NCBI RefSeq assembly: GCF_021028975.2
Contig: NC_059432.1
Span: forward strand, 87,048,001 to 87,112,000
Origin: Sphaerodactylus townsendi
Taxonomy: Eukaryota
Direction of reading: 5' to 3'
Length of the DNA: 64,000 bases
Shown: positions 11,756 through 24,700 of the stretch, one piece after another
How positions within the stretch are numbered: position 1 is the stretch's first letter
Layout: each line of letters opens with the position of its first letter
Translations under genes and position numbers: made by a program
Notes under the pieces: model-generated
Database searches by the model: none
What the model saw: the letters and a program-made list of their open reading frames with translations, nothing else
Told to the model about the DNA's origin: nothing

Positions 11756-14428
11756 AACTAAATAGTGCATGATTCAGGTAACAACATTTCAAATTAAAGC
11801 ACAAAATTTTAAAAATTAAAAATTAATGATGTCACCACTAGAAATCCCTCGACTGTTCAGATCTTTCTGGAATAAAAAGGTCTTACATTGCTTTAATAAT
11901 TTTTATGACTGCAAAGCTAACCATAACAGCAGTTTGCACAACGTTATTACCTGTCTTAATCAAGAATTAAGCAGCTGTACAGAGCGACACTGGTCCAGTG
12001 TATTCGTTAACTCTGCAGTTCTGAGCACTCGCACCAACACATAAATTACACTGAACTTTGGAGGAGACAGGATTGTGCAAGTTCAGCGTGAGCTGTTCAC
12101 AAGGGAGAGGCTGCAGCCAGGTGGCACAAAGAAATGGAGGATGAGCCTGTAAAATCCCGGGCTAAATGCATCTTCCTTCAATCTACTGAGATGGAACCCT
12201 TCTTAGTTTGGAACTAACTGATCCAAATTTGTTGCACCACTTGAATCACATGCTTCTCACCTAGTTGCTCACCAGTACACTAGAATTCTAGAGATCCTGG
12301 TTTGGAATCCAGGTTTGCACGCAAGAAACAAACCACAGTTTAATAAAGTGCTCCATGAGGACATTGCAGCATCTCTTCAATATTTGTAAACTAAGCAGTT
12401 TGATTTCAGCACAGCACATACTAGGTGTCAGGTCTGAGACGGAAGTCACACAATCCAGGCTTCCTGGATTTTGATCGAGAAGTCTTTATCGAATACAGCT
12501 GGTACCTGGCTTTGCCAAAGCCAGTTCTGGCGGGCTATGGTTAAAAAGGTTACATTTATCCCTGTGGCTTTCCCACCAGAAACCCCCCTCCTTTGGTTCT
12601 CGTGGAATGTGAGAATGTTACAACGGAAAGAGGATTGTTTGGGAGTCGGACACATCAAGGACAGCAAAGGGATAGTGTCCATCCACCTGCCGGCTCACCT
12701 CTGTTGGGTTGGCGCCAAGGTTGCCTCTAGTTTGACTACAGCTGCAAGCATCAAAGGAAACGAACAGAGCCAGAAAGGTCCATTAACATATCAGAGGTGA
12801 AGACTGCTTCCCCCCTCCCCACAGGCAGGTGTGAGTCCTGGCACCTTGGCTCAAACAATCGTGCCAGGTTATATCCTGATATCCTTTGACTAGTAAAAGC
12901 AGCATTACTGTGAAGGCACTGTCACCACACTGTCCCAGCCATTTTGCAGACAGAGAAACTAAGAAACAGCAAAAATCAGACTCCCCTGTTCTCAGGCTCA
13001 AATCCAACATCACGCATGCAACAGAACTGTTTCTGAACCAAAATAAGTGGGAAACAGGGCTGCTGACCTCACTCCCCACATAAATATGAAGTTATACGGA
13101 CTCGTCTGTTTTCAAAGTGTCTGTTGCTGCTGAAATTGAGATGACTGAATGAACTGTATACCTCTCTTCTGAGACCCCAAAGTCACAGGCGTCTAATTGG
13201 AGTTATGAAAACTGGTAAAAGATCCACTTTGTGCATTCTGGTGAAAGTAAGCCAGAAGTCATTTATCAAGAGTTGGGATAAAGTCCCACGTTGTAGAACT
13301 TCTTTAATTCTGGTACGAAAAATATTTACGCAAGTCGTGGAGCTCAATATTAAAAAAAAAAACTTTAGGCTCTGCAGGAGCACCCTCTTTAATGTGCACA
13401 AAGGGATTCAGTAAGTTTCTTAGCTTTTAAATACATAACTGGAAATGGATGGCTACACAGAAAGTCTTTCAGCGAGAAAGCTTTTAAATTGACATGTGAT
13501 TCCTGAGTGGTTTGGTGGGTGCTGTGCGCCAAACCTTGTGAATATTCTGACTAGCTGTTAAAAATTAATTAGGTTTGCAGCACTTGTGTGAAGTCCACGG
13601 CAGTCACTGAATTGCTCAGAGAGAATAATCCAAGAGCGGCTGCAGCTTGAGAAATGGGATGTATCTGCTACTGGGACTTTGGTTTAAATGTTTGTAATAA
13701 AGCAAATGAAGTTTTAAAACTGCTGCTTAGTTACTCTGAATTACAAAACTCTTCAAGTTTCAAATAATTGCACATCAACCAATATTGTTCCTGTTATCAG
13801 CAGGGAGTCTTGATTTCCAAACTAAATTGCAATGCTAGAGAGCGGGACACACATTGTGAATGAAGTAAAGCAGCCATCAAAACCGACCTCCTTCTGTTAC
13901 TTCCTTCCCTCTCTGTAAAAAGTATTTCTTCCCTTTCATCTCAATGTGTGTCCCCTATCCTCTGTTCTTCACTGGCAGATATGCAAGAATAGTTTCTTGT
14001 TCTGGGCCAAGTTCCCTTGCCCAAATGCCCAACAAGAGACTGTTTTCTTGGCCCATCTATGGGAATAGTACTACTGGGGCTACCTTGCAGGGCTGCTGTA
14101 AAAATTACACATATCACCTGTACAATAATCACTTGAAATGTGCTAAATATTTTGTAAGTGTTATACCTGTCAAAATTGTTTTCCCACAGTTCTTTCTGGC
14201 TACTGACTGTTGTTCCATAGATGCACTGCCTCCTGTACTTTGCCTGCTCAGCTACCTTCATAATTGTGCAATGTGGAGAATGCATGCTTTTTTTCCTGAG
14301 CTTGCTAAGCATAATGTTACAATGCATTTTTTTTAAAAAAAGATAACATCATTATTTGCAGAAAGGAAGGAAGCATTTTGCTGCTCAACAAATTTCGGAG
14401 GACTTCCACTCTGGACTTGTAAAAGGTA

Positions 14429-15488
14429 CCAATATACTCATGTATAAGTCGAATTTTTCAGCACATTTTTAATGCTGAAAAAGCTCTCCTCAACTTATAT
14501 AAGTGGCTGGTCATTTACAATTCTTTTTGTGTGTTTTACTTTGCTGCTGGGACCAGCAGGGGCGATGCCTAAAAGTTAGAGCAGGGGGTAGGGAACCTCT
14601 TGCAGGTTTCTCCAGGATGCTGTTCAGGGACTACATCAGCTTCCCATCAGCCCCTCGCCAGTGCATGGCCAATTGGCCATGCTGACAGGGGCTGATGGGA
14701 ATTGTAGTTCCTGAACATCTGGAGAACCGCAGGTTCCCTACCCCTGTGCTAGAGGCACCAAAATTTCAGGGTACCCCCAGAAGACTCTCCTGAAGATACC
14801 AGCCAAGTTTGGTAAAGTTTGGTTCAGGGGGTCCAAAGTTATGGACTCCCAAAAGGAGGTGTGTTCCCATTCCCCATTGTTTTCAATGGGAGCTATTAGT
14901 AGATGGGTTGGTTTCCCTTTTTGAGGGGTCCATAACAACTTGGACCCTCTTGAACTGTGAACTTCACCAAACCTGGCTGGTCTCATCAGGAGAGTCTCTT
15001 TATGATACCAGCCAGGTTTGGTGAAGTTTGGGTCTGGGGATCCAAAGTTATTGACCCCCAAAGGGGATGCCCCATCCCCCATTGTTTACAATGGAAGCTA
15101 ATCGTAGATTTTCCATTTCTGATAATATCCCTCTTAAAATCTAAGCTGGGTTACATTTGGACATACAGATGATGATGAGGAATCCAGTTTTGAAGGATTT
15201 TAACTCTTGTGTTTTAGCTTGGTTGCTGGTTGAGCTAAGGTTTTTGTACTTTTAAAGTTATTGTTGATACCATATTGTTCTTGTTGACCCTCTTTTCCAC
15301 TTACAGAGCCAGTTTACTGTTTTTCTTTGAAATAAATATTCAAAAACATTTAACCTACTGATGCCTCAATTGATGCTGCATTTCCCACCCTCGACTTATA
15401 CGCGAGTCAATAAGTTTTCCCAGTTTTTTGTGGTAAAATTAGGTGCCTTGACTTATATGCAGGTCGACTTATACACGAGTATATACGG
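14429..15488. mobile_element. Non-autonomous Tc1/mariner (Tigger/pogo-like) element with nested repeats
   Basis: TA|ccaatatactcatgtataagtcga ... tcgacttatacacgagtatatacgg|TA inverted termini with TA TSD. Confidence 0.75.
14582..14746. mobile_element. Palindromic hAT-type MITE nested in the 14429-15488 element
   Basis: cagggggtagggaacct...aggttccctacccctg; same hairpin core as the other MITEs; flanks agttagag/tgctagag. Confidence 0.75.
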
Positions 15489-16019
15489 TAAGTAAGCCAC
15501 TGAGTTTCCTTCTCCTGCACCTTCAGGCTGCCTCCTGGTTTGGAACCAAGTAAGCAAACAAGTTTTTACTAAAATGTCCCTAAACCTTGGCAAAGCACAG
15601 AGGGAACTCAAAAACTGTAAACAGCTATTGCACTGCACTTGGGTAAGCTGAAGAATTGTTTGCTGTTTGGAAAATGTTCCAAAAGGCTCACGTGAACACA
15701 TAAACCAGTGGGTGAAGAGTTCAGCTATAAATGCCCCAAAACTAAAGGAAAAATAAGTGAAAACACTACATTAAACAAAGCTAAAGGAAGAAGGGCAAAT
15801 TGTGTAAACAATATGAGATACACATGGAAACCCACAAGACTTGAAGGAGGGGTCTCAATCCTTGCCTCTTCCACTATTTCCTCTTCCCTTTTTTGAAAGT
15901 CCCCATAGCCTCTCCCATTTCCCTGCTTCATTCTCTCCTTTTAGGGTTGCCAACCTCCAGGAATCTTGGAGATATTTTGGAATCACAACAGATCCCCCAA
16001 CAGATCTTTAGAACTGTCA

Positions 16020-16160
16020 GGCTCATTCTGCACATGCAGAATGATGCACTTTCAAACTGCTTTCAGTGCTCTTTTAAGCTGTGCGGAATAGCAAAATCCA
16101 CTTGCCAACAGTTGTGAAAGTGGTTTGAAAACACATTATTTTGCGTGTGCGGAAGGGGCC
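16020..16160. mobile_element. PIF/Harbinger-like MITE
   Basis: ggctcattctgcacatgcagaatgatgc...attattttgcgtgtgcggaaggggcc; 3-bp TSD TCA. Confidence 0.7.
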
Positions 16161-18859
16161 TCAGTTCCAGGTTCGAAAATTCCAAGAGATTTGGGAGTGG
16201 AGCCTTGAGAGGGTGAAACCTGGAGTTGGCAAGTCTAGCTCCTTCCCACCCAACAGTCAACCTACCTTTATCTGCCTCTCTGTCTTAAGCTTCCCCCCGC
16301 CCCCCGCCCCCACAGTCTTTACCTGGGAAAATTCTGGCTTGATTGTGTGGTGTCAGCCAATGGGCCTGGCGCACTTGTATGAAAGGGACCCTTCAAAGGT
16401 TAATGGGGTGGAATCTCCTTATTCCCTATATCCCTCCCTCCATCCTATTTCCTCTTTCCCTCCTGTGGAAACTTCCATATTCTCTCCCCTTTTCTTGCCT
16501 CATTCTCTCCTTCTCAGCCATTCACCAACCTGCCTTTTATCTGCCTACCATCTTCAGCTATATTTATTAATCATTTACTTCATTTACATTTCACCTTTCT
16601 CCACAACGGGGACCATATCAGCATGCCTGATTCTCTTCTCCACTTTTTTATTCACACAACAACCCTGTGATGTAGGTTGGACTAAAATATGTGAATGGCC
16701 CAAATATCACCAAGTAAATGTCTACCACAAGATGGGGATTCGAACGTGGGTCTCCCCAGACCCTCCTCTGAAGTGCTAACTCCTACATCGCACTAGATTT
16801 TGTACGGTGCCTGCTGCTGAACAGTAGCAAGCAGCCAGGTCTAGTTGAGTCATGCAAGTCAGGTAGTATCAAGTCACCCAGTGACTGCTGGCAGGCCCAG
16901 GCCTGGCCCCAATGTTTCCTCTCTCAAATGCCAATAGCTCTGGAAAGGACCCTGCCCCCCGCCCCCGCCCCCCCCCCCCAGCTTTGTACTCACAGAGATT
17001 GAAACCTGGAATGCTGTGGTTGTCAATGAGGTAATCTGTTTTTTAAAGGTATAGGTCATCCTTTTACCATTTCAGTGGTCTTAAACTCTCCATCACATTT
17101 TTTATATTTCGCTTTTTTCTGCAAACCTGCGTCCCTTCTCAGATTTGTAGAAAGATCTGACTTGCCTGTTCACAGGTTTAATCACAGGATTTAAGTATCA
17201 CAAGATTTGGTCAACTTCACTAATATAAGATGAATGATTCTTCTATAGGAACCTCCATGTGGTTATATTATTAAGGCCAGGACAGATGACATCACATAAA
17301 ATTATCAAATAATAACCATCATAAATATGTGCGAAACATACTGGAAATGTCTCCTGAAAGAGGTCTGTGTCTCTATTCTTCTCCTTGCTCTTCTCACCCT
17401 GCCTTCCCCTCCGTCATTCTCCTTGAATGAAAACAGGAATGCAACCTACGCAAACGTAGCTTTTTAAGCAAACCCGCTTGTGAATAATGTATTGCCAGCG
17501 CCACATTTCGGCTTCCTTGGAATGCAATGCTTTTTGGCACAGAGCGCACGCATCCTGGATTACACGCCTTGCCCAACACCATAGATCAACAGGTTTAAGA
17601 GATTCTCTTACAGCTCAGCCAAAAGACCTTGGCTCTGCTGCCCAAGTTGTAAAGCTCGCCTGTCTGTCTCTGAAGCCGCCTGGAGAGACAGAGACACATT
17701 GTGGAGAATCTGGCAGGTATCAATGAAGCCCTAGCAAAGCTGCAGCAGCAGCAGCCTGGCTCTCCAGATGGACACGTAGGCAGGAACCTTCTGTGTTATG
17801 ACACATTACTGCTTATAATGGGGCTGACCTGTGTGATGCTGTTCTTATCGCTTCAGTCTTACAGTCAGCAGTTGTGATATCTGTATGACTCATCTGCCTA
17901 GAAAGGATGGTCCAGAGAGAACTGTCTAGACAAACAGCTCCTTCCAAATAGAAGAGATATTTTAGGTTAGAAGCTGACATTCAAGAGTATTAGTGAATGC
18001 ATCTTAAATATGAAAATCATTGCAGCACTGTGTACCTTGGGAAAAATATTAAATATACTGGGCAGAAAAGCAGGTTATGAATGTCTACATAAATGAAACA
18101 GAGAAGTGCCCAATCACAAAAGCAACAAAATCTCCATATGTGAGACATGCAGAAAAACAGGATCCTGTACATTAACTCAAAGAAGACACAAGTCTATGGT
18201 CTAACAAGGGCTGGGTATACTCTAGGAGTCACACAATATCGAAAAGCAGTTGAGAAAAGTGAATAGAAGTGGGGCTGGATAGGGTGGGGGATGCTGAAGA
18301 TTCTGAGATCTTACAGGATTATGAAGGTGTAGTTTGGGGATTTCCAAAGTATTTCCCTCTCTCACAATTCCTTCTATATACCAACTTGCACATTTCTAAT
18401 GCAGAGATCTCACCTGTGGTCCGATCAATCTGCTCCAAAGTTTACATTAGGATATGTGGGTGTAAAGTCTGTTAGCCATTTAAACATTTTCATTTCCATG
18501 CTGCCACATCATTTCAGGGAGGGCAGGGAAGGGGGGGGGGAAGGAAGGAAGGGAGACAGAAGAGAGAGAGAGAGACAGACAGTACAGACAGACAGACAGG
18601 AAAAAAGAGAAAGTGAGAAAGTAAGCAACAAAGACAGACAGACACCTGGATTGGTTCAGAAGGGGAAAATACACTCACAGAAGGATCAAGAATCCAGTTT
18701 GGCTTTTTTACCACATTCAAGCAAGGGCTCATATTTGTTGTCTCCTCGACTGTTGGCTACTCCTAAGTAGTTTTATTTATTTGATAAGTCTATACCTTGT
18801 CCATCTCCAATTAAATCAGAACTACATTCTTCAGGGGTAGGTGCACATGGTTCAGTAAC

Positions 18860-19337
18860 CAGAGGCGTAGCTGGACCAAACTGCGCCCGATGCGCAGTGT
18901 GTTTTTTCCGCATCCATCCCCCCCGCGGCACACACACATCCTGTCCCCCTTCCCACATTTACCTACATTCCTTTTCTATTTCTAGTACTTTTTGAGGCTG
19001 AAAAAAGCGGCCTCTTCACAGTTCAGGGAAAAAATTGCCTGACAAACTATACTTCCCAGGAGACCTTGTGAGCCCCAAGGTCTCCTGGGAACTGTAGTTC
19101 CTCAGGCAGTTTTTAACCTGAACTGAAAATAGGCTGCTTTTTTCAGCCTCAAAAAGTACTAAAAAAGGAAAAGGAACATAGGTAAGTGTGGGAAGGGGGG
19201 CGGGGAGTGTGTGTGCTGCGGGGGGCGCTGCGAGAGGGCTGTGGGGGGGCAGAGAAAAGGGGGAGGGGCCGAAGATGATTTTCCACCCCGGGCGTGCGCC
19301 CGGTACACAACGCACCCCCCGTCCCCTTGGCGCTCCG
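18860..19337. mobile_element. Non-autonomous hAT element with long internal palindrome
   Basis: Starts cagaggcgtagc; 8-bp TSD TCAGTAAC on both sides; internal inverted repeat ~18940-19200. Confidence 0.75.
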
Positions 19338-20168
19338 TCAGTAACCCAATCTAGGTGTTCCAAAGGCACACATATCGTGACATAGCTTACTATTTGCATG
19401 TTATAAAAGTATTTCAATTCTAGTTCAGTTACCTTGCTCACACATATACCCATGACCAGCCCAGAGAGCTGCTGTGGATCTTGCACATATGCAATTTTAT
19501 TATGAGATTCCTTCAGCACAGCATGTGAACATGACTGGAAAAAAAATAAAGGGAAACATCACAATGATCGCATGTGCAGTTAGCCTGGTTGCACAGGTAA
19601 CCCAAATAATGCTACTTGAGGCTGCAAACCTTTTGGGACATAGATGACGCAGCTTGCAGGCATGCCCCAGAATCCACTGAAAATGCCACAGAAGATGTTG
19701 GCATATGCACCGATTACCTGAGCAATGTACCCCAGCGCCAATCAGCCTAGTAACATGCTTAGAACTTCCTGTCACACAAGCTATATGTGAACCCCTCAAA
19801 TCTGAAGACTGAAAGCAACCATCCTATCAACATTTTTGACCTATCCCATTCCTTGGATATTTTCATTTATTCCAAGTTTCACTCCAAGATGCTCTGTATA
19901 TTTTCTTTTTCTCCCCATCACTGTTATCTGCACTCTCAGCAGAAGTATAGGTCAAGTCATGCTGTGCTGAGCATATAGCTAATTGCAAAACTAATAATAT
20001 AGGCAAGCACTGAGCAATGTTATTCCCTTACACTGCAAATTAAAGGCTTTGCAATGCAAAAGTTTATCTTCTGAAGTGAGGGCGGAAAACCTAAGCACAC
20101 TTACTAGGGAGTAAAGACCACTGTGCTCAATGGGGTTTACTTCTGAATAAACAAGCTGAGGATTGCAT

Positions 20169-20477
20169 GAAGAAGAAGAAGAAAAGAGTTTGGGTTTATA
20201 CCCCACTTTTCTCAATTGTAAGGAGCCTCAAAGCGGCTTACAAACTCCTTCCCTTCCTCTCCCCACAACAGTCACCTTGTGAGAGGTGAGGCTGAGAGAG
20301 TCCTGAGAGATGTGTGACTGGCCCAAGGTCACCCAGCAGGCTTCATGTGTAGGAGGGGAAACAAATCCAGATCACCAGATAAGAGTACTCCGCTCATGTA
20401 GAGGAGTGGGGAATCAAACCCAGACCTTCAGATTGAAGTCTACCTGCTCTTAACCACTACGCCACACTGGCTCTCCC
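20169..20477 (-). mobile_element. tRNA-derived SINE (Squam3-like)
   Basis: Reverse complement of the 28131 family; (CTT)n tail, A/B-box head. Confidence 0.8.
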
Positions 20478-20670
20478 CTGAGTGCATGTCAGGAATGCAT
20501 CATGTACCATGTAAATAAGAAATTGAAATTCTGATGCAGAAGTACAGTATCCTGAGAGTCTCTCATCTAAAAAGAGAGGTTTCAGCTAGAAAAGGGGGAG
20601 CATCAATGGCTGCTCAAATCTAAACACCAGAGGGGAATAAAGAAGTAACATTTAGTTACAGCTATAACAT

Positions 20671-20874
20671 TTTCAGGATAAAGATGACACCAGATTTGAG
20701 AATTCATCTGCCACTTCCTGGACCGTCTTTGTTCTAGAATGCTCTGTTTGGGTCCTGTGGCCTACCTAGTTCTGTCCCCAAGGAACTAGGACCCAAGTGG
20801 TACATTCTAGAACAAAGATGGTCTAGGAAATGGTGGATGAATTCTCAAATTTAATGTCATCTTAATCCTGGAAA
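20671..20874. repeat. ~200-bp imperfect palindrome (probable old MITE)
   Basis: ~85-bp arms, e.g. atttgagaattcatc/gatgaattctcaaat and tctttgttctagaatg/cattctagaacaaaga. Confidence 0.8.
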
Positions 20875-21479
20875 GGCTAGAAGAAACAATGTTATGTAAG
20901 CCAGGCAACCATATCCATATGCAAAGTTGCCCAATATGCATAATTTATTGCAGTTGCAGAATTTAGAATTTGTGTATAGCAGATAAAATATATGGATTGC
21001 TTAGCTACTGTGTAAACCACAATATCAGCTAAATTTCAGAAGATGCTTCAGATGTTGTGCTCCCATTCATGAAACTATGATTTGGAGAACTAGGAATGTG
21101 CAGCTGTGCTTCTGCACCCCCCCCCCCCCGCCCCGGTCCATTGTGCAAATTCCCTCCTTTTCCTGATCAGCTCTGATGGCTGTTTGCCATGACATCCAAG
21201 CTGCACTAAGCAGGATCAGCACTATGCAGGAACTGCTTCCAAACCATGGTTTGCAAACAAAGGTTCAAACCAATTCTTGATTAGACTCTTTCGTCATTTG
21301 CTCAGTGTGTTTGTTATGGCAAACTGTTTGTCAGAACAACTGAGGTCACGCGATTCTGTGTGGGGAAGTGAGAGATGGGGAGCGAAGCAGGGTCTTAATC
21401 CAGACTGAGATCTGCACAACTGGAGTGAACTGCCTGCTCAACACATGTCTGTTTTTAAGACGCCCAATTTAGGGGTGTA

Positions 21480-22949
21480 GTGAAAGCTGAACTGAAAGCA
21501 GCTGGAAGAAATAAATCTCCAAGAGTAGATGGGATATCAATAGAGCTGATCCAAACCACAGAAATGGAATCCATCAAAATCCTAACAAGAGTATGTCAAC
21601 AAATATGGAAAACAAAACAATGGCCCACTAACTGGAAACTCTCAATTCACATTCTGATACAAAAAAAAAAAAAGGATACGTCAAAGACTGCAGCAACTAT
21701 TGGACAATCACGTTAATTGCTCACATGAGAAAAGCGATGCTTACAACAAAGACAGTTGCCATACATGGAATGAGAAATGCCAGATGTTCAAGCTGGATAC
21801 AGAAAAGGAAGAGGCACTAGATATCATATTCCAAATTTAGGTTGGTTACTGGAAAATACAAGAGAATTTCAGAAGGAAGTCAGCTAATGTTTCATAGATT
21901 ACAGTGAAGTTTTTGACTGTGTGGATCAAGACAAGCTATGGTTGGTTTTAAAAGAAGTGGGTATGTCACAATATTTGATTGTTTTAATGAGCAACCTGTA
22001 CTCTGGACAAGAGGATACTGTTAGAATGGAATATGGAGAAACAGAATGGTTTCCAACTGGCAAAGGTGTAAGACAAGGATGTACTTTATCTCCCTATCTG
22101 TTCAATCTATATGCAGAACATATAAGAAAACTGGATTAGATTTAGATGAAGATGCAGTGAAAACTGGTGGAAGGGATATTGACAATTTGAGATATGTAGA
22201 TGATACCACACTGCGGGCTGAAAACAGTGAAGACTTGAAACAACGACCGAGGAAAGTTAAAGCAGAAATTGCCCAAACAGGATTACAGCTAAACATTTAA
22301 AAAAGTAATGACTAACCAGAATTAATCAACCTTAAGGTTGGCCATGAAGAAATTGTTCAAAATCTTCTATTTCTTGGCTCTGTCATCAACCAAAAAGGAG
22401 ATTGTGACCAAAAAATTAGAAGAAGATTGAGACTGGAAAGGACAGCTAAGAAGGAACTGGAAAAGATTGTTAAGTGTAATGATATGTTGTTGGCGACCAA
22501 GGTCATGCCATAATATTCCCTATTACTATGTATGGGTATGAACATTGGACAATAAAGAAAGCTGATAGAAAGCAAGTTGATCCATTTGTAAAGGGATGTT
22601 GAAGGAGAGTTTTATGGACATTGCGGGCAGTCAAAAAGACAAGTGGGTTCTAGATCAAACAAAGCCTGAACTCTCCCTCAAAGCTAAAGCGACTAAATGG
22701 AGGCTATTGAAGTTTGGACACTTTATGAGAAGAGATGAGTCACTGGAATAGACAATAATGCTAGGAAAAGTTTACGGCAGCAGGAAATGCAGACCTGCCG
22801 TGAGATGGATTGTTTCAATAAAGGAAGCCACAGCCCTCAGTTTGCAAGAACTGAGCACGGTTGTCACCAATAGGACTTTTGAGAGGTTATTAATTCACAG
22901 GGTCCCCATAGGTCGGTAGCGGCTTGACAACACTGAACCCACACACACA
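21480..22949 (+). mobile_element. 5'-truncated, decayed RTE-clade (BovB-like) LINE, RT and 3' end
   Basis: RNKSPRVDGISIELIQ; WKTKQWPTNWK; TEWFPTGKGVRQGCTLSPYLFNLYAEHI; NLRYVDDTTL (YADD motif); (CA)n tail; multiple stops and frameshifts. Confidence 0.9.
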
Positions 22950-23976
22950 ATTTAGTTACTGTAGTTAAGTGCTATTGTTATTTATTATTTGGTTGGATTT
23001 TTCTGTGTTTCTGCTTTTGTCATCTTACACTGTATCACAGTGTTACTGCTTGATATTCATGATTAAACACAGCCCCGCCCCCCCGCAGAAACAAAGATCG
23101 GTCACTCACATTATTTTACTTTCTGATCCTACTTAAGTAGAGAGAAAGTTCAGTTAGCTTGGACCCATCTACATCTGGTGAACAAGGCTGAAAATCAGCA
23201 CAAGCTATTGCTCAGCCATGGAGTGAACACAAGCAGAAAAGCTTTAGGGAGAAGGGACAGAAGGAACCAAAGATGCCTTATGACAATAAGAGTTAGCACC
23301 CAGGTGCTGGCAGGACTAAAGAGATCAAGCCTTGTATAATCAACATCCTTCCAAAAGGAGATGCAGGAGGAGAGTTCCAGAGAGGAAAGGGAGCAGGAGG
23401 AACATCAAGTGTTTTGCCGGAGGATCAAAACAGCATCACAGCAGGGATGGCTGGCAGATCAAAACGTAGCAAGTAACAAGGGGAAGACACACCACCAATA
23501 AAAGCTGCGGCCAGGAATCAAAATCAGGAACACAACAGAAATCCAAAACTGGGTTCAGGAAAGGAAGAAATAGAACAATGGAGGTAACCTAACCAGCGAC
23601 AAAGCAAAAGCTGTTTTTTGCACAAGCAGAGGAGCTACAAAACGTTAATAGGAAGCAAAGCAAGCTGACATTCAGGTATCATCTGGCCAGTGAGAGAGTA
23701 CTGGTTCACCACCACCACCACCACCACCACACCATTATTTGTTGTCCTGTGAAGAACCTGAGGGGGACCCTTGAATTCATGCACATCTCTTTTCATGCAC
23801 AACTCAATTTAAAACGTTTTCACATGCATGGCAAATAGCAGTTCATTCTCTTCAAAGCCAAGCCAAGATTCAACTGTGGTTTGGAGGGTAGGCACCAAAC
23901 AGAGTTTGTGGTTTGGGCAAAATGAATGCAAAAGCAGTGAATTTTTGAGATATGAGCAAGAAGAGACGGAAAGGTG

Positions 23977-24154
23977 NNNNNNNNNNNNNNNNNNNNNNNN
24001 NNNNNNNNNNNNNNNNNNNNNNNNNNNNNNNNNNNNNNNNNNNNNNNNNNNNNNNNNNNNNNNNNNNNNNNNNNNNNNNNNNNNNNNNNNNNNNNNNNNN
24101 NNNNNNNNNNNNNNNNNNNNNNNNNNNNNNNNNNNNNNNNNNNNNNNNNNNNNN
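23977..24154. other. Assembly gap (N run)
   Basis: Run of n, adjacent to a SINE fragment. Confidence 1.
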
Positions 24155-24381
24155 CCCTTTTTCTCCTGCAGGAGACTCAAAGGGGCTTACAATCTCCTTT
24201 CCCTCCCCCCCTCATAACAAAGGGGAGTTTCACCTGCACCTCTGTTTCGCATAAGACTCTCACTGTTGTGGTAAATGTATGATACAGAAACTGACATAGT
24301 TTTTTGGAATGGGGACTGAAGCTGGAGGATTCCTGGGCTCATTGTCGTAGTGGTTAAGAGTAGGTGCTACGTAGTGGCGTA

Positions 24382-24590
24382 ATAGGAGAAGCAGAGGCAT
24401 AGTGGTTATGAGCAGGTGCATTCTAATTTGGAGGAACTGGGTTTGTTCCCCACTCTGCCAATTGAGCTGTGGAGGCTTATCTGGGGAATTCATTTTAGCC
24501 TGTACACTCCTACACACGCCAGCTGGGTGACCTTGGGCTAGTCACAGCTTCTCGGAGCTCTCTCAGCCCCACCCACCTCACAAGGTGTTC
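24382..24590 (+). mobile_element. Squam3-like SINE, 3'-truncated, with duplicated head fragments upstream
   Basis: Matches the 28131 family through ccacctcacaaggtgtt; cgtagtggttaagagtaggtg and cgtagtggcgta pieces at 24345-24380. Confidence 0.75.
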
Positions 24591-24700
24591 CCTATGCAGT
24601 TGACAGAACTGCATCATAATCATCATTATCATCACCACCACAACCATCTCAGCTTGTATGCTATCCTTCCCCTCATGGGCTCAGGGTGGCTTCCATATAA

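Noticed and set aside
16141-16779. 212-aa ORF (also 39057-39665 and 54339-54860)
   Set aside because: Built from MITE, SINE or CR1 fragments or antisense to a MINDY4B exon; no independent coding signal.
23809-24282. ORFs spanning N runs (also 46075-46372)
   Set aside because: Artifacts of assembly gaps.
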